From: Oligoflexus sp.
GTDB taxonomy: Bacteria; Bdellovibrionota_B; Oligoflexia; Oligoflexales; Oligoflexaceae
Assembly (NCBI GenBank): GCA_041736305.1
Contig: JBGSTX010000108.1
Span: 1-11,659, forward strand
Reading direction: 5' to 3'
DNA: 11,659 bases
Shown: positions 7,790 to 11,659 of the stretch, one piece after another
Position numbering within the stretch: position 1 is the stretch's first letter
Layout: each line of letters begins with the position of its first letter
Program-made: the position numbers and the translations under genes
The notes under the pieces: generated by a model
Database searches by the model: none
Told to the model about the DNA's origin: nothing
The model's input: only the letters and a program-made list of their open reading frames with translations

Positions 7790-8515
7790 GGCTTGGTTGA
7801 GCCAGGTCTCCTCGTGCAAATCGTTCAGTCCGCTGTAGACTTCTTTCTGCAAGAAATCCCGCTCGAGGGGCAGAGCATCTTCGAGCACGTCTTTGAACCA
7901 GACCTTTTTCTGAGCATCCCATCGATAGCGATTATTTCGCAGCTTGTCTTTCATCTCGAAAGCAGCATGCGAGGCCAAGACCCTGACCTCTCGGAGATAG
8001 CTCCGCTGCACCAGCTCTTGAAAGTAAGGACTCATCAAGCGAAAAGTCGTGGCGCAATCGAAGAGGGCGCGATGCGCGAAAGGATTGACGAAGCCGTGAT
8101 CGGCGGCTAGGTAATTGAGGGCTCGGGTGCGAAATCCTTTCGCCTCCCAATCGATGTGCTTCATACTGCAGGCCCAATGCGCTTTAACTCCAGCCAGTTC
8201 TGGCCGCCGCTCGATAAAGGAGCGATCGAACTCAGCGTTGTGGGCGACGACGATGGCGGCCCTTTCCATGAGCCCTCGCACGTAGTCCCAGGAAATGCGC
8301 TGGCCGCGCAGGACGTCGTCGTTCAGACCAGTGAGCTTCTGAATTTCCGGACTCAGAGGACGCTCGGGGTCTTCAAGGGCTCCATATAAATTGAGGATTT
8401 GAGGTTCCTCGGCACCTTCTAAGAGTCCGAACTCCAAGAGTCCGAGCTCGATCACTCTGTCTTCGTCAGGGTTGATACCCGTCGTTTCCACGTCTAAAAC
8501 CAAACCAAAGTCCAT
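7781..8515 (-). CDS. DEDDh 3'-5' exonuclease (DnaQ/DNA polymerase III epsilon-like)
   Basis: ExoI LDVETTG, ExoII AHNAEFD and ExoIII HRALFD motifs. SD-like GAGG upstream. Overlaps the convergent phosphoesterase by 9 nt. Confidence 0.9.
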   Translation of the reverse strand: MDFGLVLDVETTGINPDEDRVIELGLLEFGLLEGAEEPQILNLYGALEDPERPLSPEIQKLTGLNDDVLRGQRISWDYVRGLMERAAIVVAHNAEFDRSFIERRPELAGVKAHWACSMKHIDWEAKGFRTRALNYLAADHGFVNPFAHRALFDCATTFRLMSPYFQELVQRSYLREVRVLASHAAFEMKDKLRNNRYRWDAQKKVWFKDVLEDALPLERDFLQKEVYSGLNDLHEETWLNQASR

Positions 8516-8707
8516 AAACTTGCCTCATTTGCTTTTTAGATCCGAGGTCCATCCTTGACCTCATTCTGGGCCCATCTGGCAGACGGCGCCAATCTGAGCT
8601 AAGATAGGAAAGAATGCGCTTTGCACTTTTTTTCCGCTCAGTCTGTGGCGAACCCTCTTTAAAGCAGTTCGCTTCGGCCTTTCACAAGCTAATTTTGTTG
8701 AGAGCCT

Positions 8708-10726
8708 ATGAGTTCAAATGCCAAAGACCTATTGAATGCGAAAAAGCCAAGCTCCGTCATCAATGCCATAGTTGCGCGTTTCGATGAGCTGATCGCCGTC
8801 CTTGCTCAGGCCGAGGAGTTAACTGGGTTTACCCTGGAAATTCCCCTTGATGGGATAGCTAGCCTGCAGCAGGAAGAAATCACTTTGGTGTTTCTCGAGC
8901 ACGCTATCTGGAGCGATGCAAGTCAGCTTGAACCATTCTTAAAAAAGTCCGCCGATACCTCGTTTTGCTTCATTTGCACGGGCTCCGATAAGGAACTTAA
9001 GAGTTTGCCGAAAGAACTCGAGATCGCCAACTTTCGGGCGCTCAATTTTCCGCTGCGTGGCCAGCAGCTGGTCCTGACGGTACTCAATTTTTATCGCTTA
9101 CAGTCCTTGGTACAGAAGGCAGACCGCACGCATAAGAATGTGAAAGAGACCAATGAGAATGTCAAATACGTGCTACGGGTTTCGCGCGAGCTGAACGGTG
9201 TACGGGACACGAAAAAGCTGCTCTCGCTCATCTTGCAGAAAGCCCGCGAGATCACCAATGCCGATGCAGGTTCGATCTATACGGTAGACTGGAACGATCA
9301 GCGGGAAGTCGACAGCCGCATCATATTCAAAGTAACCCAAAATGAAACCGTTCATCAAGAGCTGGAAGAGTTCCAGATTCGCATCAATGAAGAATCCATG
9401 GTCGGTTGTGCCGTCGTCTATCAACAGGCAATCAATATTCCCGACCTTTACAAGCTCGACCCTGATCCAGAGAAAAATCCTTATCATGCCAAGCACGATA
9501 GGACCTTCGATCTTCGCACCGGCTATCAATGTCGTTCGATGCTGACGATCCCGATGTTCGATATCAGTTACCGTATAATTGGTGTCATTCAGCTGATCAA
9601 CCGGCGGCGGCCTTCCATCAAGAATCTGCGCGGCATCGATGACTTTTCGAAATATGTCCTCACTTTCGACGATACCGATGTCGAGTATGCCGAGATAGTT
9701 GCCCAGCAAGCCGGTATCGCTCTCGAAAACGCACTGCTCACTCTTGAAAAAGAGCAGCTCTTCGAAGGTTTCGTCAACGCGGCCGTCACGGCTATCGAAC
9801 AGCGGGATCCGACCACGAGCGGTCACTCCCACCGCGTCGCCAAACTCACTTTGGGTTTGGCCGAAGTCATCAATACGATCAAGGTCGGCAAGTTCAAGGA
9901 TTTGGTCTTCGACAAGACCCAGCTCAAAGAGATCGAGTACGCCTCGCTCCTCCACGACTTCGGCAAGCTCGGAGTGCGCGAACAGGTCCTGGTCAAAGCT
10001 AAGAAGCTCTACAACTGGGAGCTCGACAACTTGCTCGAGCGCTTCGAGCATATACGCGCCCGCTTCGAAGTTGAGTATCTGCGGGAGTACGTCTCTTTTC
10101 TGAGCGGCAAGAGTTCGCTGGCACCCGGCTTTGGTCCGGAGACCTTCAAAGCAGCTTTCGATAGTCGTTTGGCGGAGCTCGACGACTTCTTGCAGTTTAT
10201 CCTGAAATCCAATGAGCCGACCGTTCTGGAACAGGGCGGCTTCGAGCGCCTCAAAGATATTGCCAATATGAACTTCAAGGATGCCAAGGCACGGGTTCGT
10301 CCGTTCTTGAGCTATCGCGAACTAGAAGCGCTTTCAGTGTCGCGCGGTTCGCTGACGCGAGAGGAGTTCGCGGAGATTCAGAGTCACGTGACTCACACCT
10401 ACGAATTTCTGCGGAAAATCCCCTGGGGTCGCTCTTTTCCGAACGTGCCTCAAATCGCTGCTAAGCACCACGAGAAGCTCGATGGAACCGGGTATCCCAC
10501 TGGTTCAGATCAGGAAGAGATACCGACTCAGACGCGTATCATGACCATCGCCGACATCTTCGATGCCCTCACAGCTGCGGACCGACCTTATAAGAAAGCG
10601 GTACCCGTGCCCCGCGCCCTCGAGATACTCGAGATGGAAGTGAAGGCCAGCAAGATCGATAAGGACCTCTTTGAAGTCTTCTGTGAATCGAAGATCTATC
10701 AGACCGTCGTTGAAAAAACGGATTAG
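8708..10726 (+). CDS. GAF domain plus HD-GYP cyclic dinucleotide phosphodiesterase
   Basis: GAF motifs (NADAGSIY, FDLRTGYQCRSMLTIPM, IIGVIQLINR). HD-GYP motifs EQRDPTTSGHSHRVA, LLHDFGK, HHEKLDGTGYP and IADIFDALT..RPYK. Confidence 0.92.
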   Translation: MSSNAKDLLNAKKPSSVINAIVARFDELIAVLAQAEELTGFTLEIPLDGIASLQQEEITLVFLEHAIWSDASQLEPFLKKSADTSFCFICTGSDKELKSLPKELEIANFRALNFPLRGQQLVLTVLNFYRLQSLVQKADRTHKNVKETNENVKYVLRVSRELNGVRDTKKLLSLILQKAREITNADAGSIYTVDWNDQREVDSRIIFKVTQNETVHQELEEFQIRINEESMVGCAVVYQQAINIPDLYKLDPDPEKNPYHAKHDRTFDLRTGYQCRSMLTIPMFDISYRIIGVIQLINRRRPSIKNLRGIDDFSKYVLTFDDTDVEYAEIVAQQAGIALENALLTLEKEQLFEGFVNAAVTAIEQRDPTTSGHSHRVAKLTLGLAEVINTIKVGKFKDLVFDKTQLKEIEYASLLHDFGKLGVREQVLVKAKKLYNWELDNLLERFEHIRARFEVEYLREYVSFLSGKSSLAPGFGPETFKAAFDSRLAELDDFLQFILKSNEPTVLEQGGFERLKDIANMNFKDAKARVRPFLSYRELEALSVSRGSLTREEFAEIQSHVTHTYEFLRKIPWGRSFPNVPQIAAKHHEKLDGTGYPTGSDQEEIPTQTRIMTIADIFDALTAADRPYKKAVPVPRALEILEMEVKASKIDKDLFEVFCESKIYQTVVEKTD

Positions 10727-10769
10727 TCAGCTTACAAAGGACAGAGTGTTCGTCTGAGGATGGCTGACT

Positions 10770-11405
10770 ATGGGTCTCTACCTTTCAACAGATCTTCTGC
10801 TTGCCGCGTACAGCCAGGGCTTTTTTCCTATGCCACATCCGGTGACAGCTGAGATCTGTTGGTTCAATCCTGATCCCCGCGCCATCCTCCCGCTCGATAG
10901 CTATCACGTCTCGCGCTCGCTCGCCCGCACCCTGCGCAAGGTCCCTTTTGAAATCCGCTGCGACAGCGACTTCGCTGGTGTTATAGACGCCTGTGCCGAT
11001 CGACCCGAGACTTGGATCAACGGCGAAATCCGGGAGGCCTTTATCCGCCTCCATCGCGAAGGTCATGGCCATAGCCTCGAGGTCTGGCTGGAAGGAGAAT
11101 TGGTCGGGGGAACCTACGGTGTGGCCATTGGGGGAGCTTTCTTTGCTGAGTCAAAATTTCATAGAGTAACTGATGCTTCCAAAGTCGCTCTTTTCTATCT
11201 GACGGCGCATCTCCGAAGTCGCGGTTTCATTTTACTCGAAGTGCAGTTTTTGACCGAGCATCTTGCCACACTAGGTGCCAAAGAGATCTCTGCACCGATC
11301 TATGAGGCTGCCCTGCGTCGGGCCCTAGCCATTGAGACTAGCTTTCTTCCTTTCTCTCTCTCCGCTATGGGACCAATTCCTAGCGACAAGATGCCCGCAG
11401 GCTGA
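10770..11405 (+). CDS. aat: Leucyl/phenylalanyl-tRNA--protein transferase
   Basis: LLLAAYSQGFFPM, WFNPDPRAIL, TWI, HSLEVW...LVGGTYGVAIGGAFFAESKF, DASKVAL and HLATLGA. Confidence 0.95.
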   Translation: MGLYLSTDLLLAAYSQGFFPMPHPVTAEICWFNPDPRAILPLDSYHVSRSLARTLRKVPFEIRCDSDFAGVIDACADRPETWINGEIREAFIRLHREGHGHSLEVWLEGELVGGTYGVAIGGAFFAESKFHRVTDASKVALFYLTAHLRSRGFILLEVQFLTEHLATLGAKEISAPIYEAALRRALAIETSFLPFSLSAMGPIPSDKMPAG

Positions 11406-11567
11406 GCTCCTCAAGCCTCGAAACAGCTTCCAGGATCAAGTTTTGCTAGCCATCCCCCAGAATATTAATTAGGATAGGGCCTCCAAAAGTCCGGATAAAC
11501 AGGCCGGGCTCTACCGAACGAGTGCATTCATCTTCGAACCATGTGGTTCGTGTATTTAGGGGAGACT

Positions 11568-11659
11568 ATGCCAGGAGTAAGACTCAAAGACGGTGATAGT
11601 GTTGAAAGAGCTCTTAAAGCCCTTAAGAAGCAAGTTGAGAAAGCCGGAACTATCTCCGA
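11568..11659 (+). CDS. rpsU: 30S ribosomal protein S21 (5' part, runs off the window)
   Basis: Manual translation MPGVRLKDGDSVERALKALKKQVEKAGTIS matches the bS21 N-terminus pattern. AGGGGAG SD immediately upstream. Not in the ORF track. Confidence 0.9.
   Translation, partial: MPGVRLKDGDSVERALKALKKQVEKAGTIS

Noticed and set aside
6827..8515. Anti-phage system made of the phosphoesterase and exonuclease
   Set aside because: The genes are convergent, the phosphatase appears extracytoplasmic, and there is no defence-island or mobility context.
9173..10051. 292-aa minus-strand ORF
   Set aside because: Lies wholly antisense to the HD-GYP gene with no recognisable motifs, typical of a codon-bias shadow.
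891..10287. Remaining short ORFs in the track nested in or antisense to the called genes
   Set aside because: They overlap well-supported CDSs and show no family motifs.
11411..11520. TCAAG boxes and CCGGATAA upstream of rpsU as a third sigma28 promoter
   Set aside because: No CCGAT-type -10 box at the 15-nt spacing.
1..11659. CRISPR arrays, tRNA/rRNA, IS elements, tandem repeats
   Set aside because: No regularly spaced repeats, cloverleaf, transposase or terminal inverted repeats seen. All intergenic gaps are under 280 nt.

Overview
An 11.7 kb bacterial chromosomal window of mostly housekeeping, envelope and signalling genes. Gene content suggests a Bdellovibrionota/Oligoflexia-like or deltaproteobacterial genome (inference only). 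On the minus strand are bcp peroxiredoxin (cut by the left edge and missing from the ORF track), the coupled tldD-pmbA metalloprotease pair and an uncharacterised lipoprotein. Divergent from the lipoprotein is a large Slt70-like lytic transglycosylase, followed by a membrane-anchored purple-acid-phosphatase-type metallophosphoesterase. A convergent DEDDh exonuclease follows, then a GAF/HD-GYP phosphodiesterase, aat and the start of rpsU (also missing from the track). I found no mobile element, CRISPR array, tRNA or rRNA. The most interesting signals are non-coding: back-to-back sigma28 (FliA)-like promoters of identical geometry driving the lipoprotein and the transglycosylase, a 10-mer shared just before the SD of slt and rpsU, CsrA-like GGA motifs, a terminator abutting the bcp RBS, and a pseudoknot-like fold upstream of tldD. 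All regulatory calls are by eye and untested, and no new system is demonstrated.
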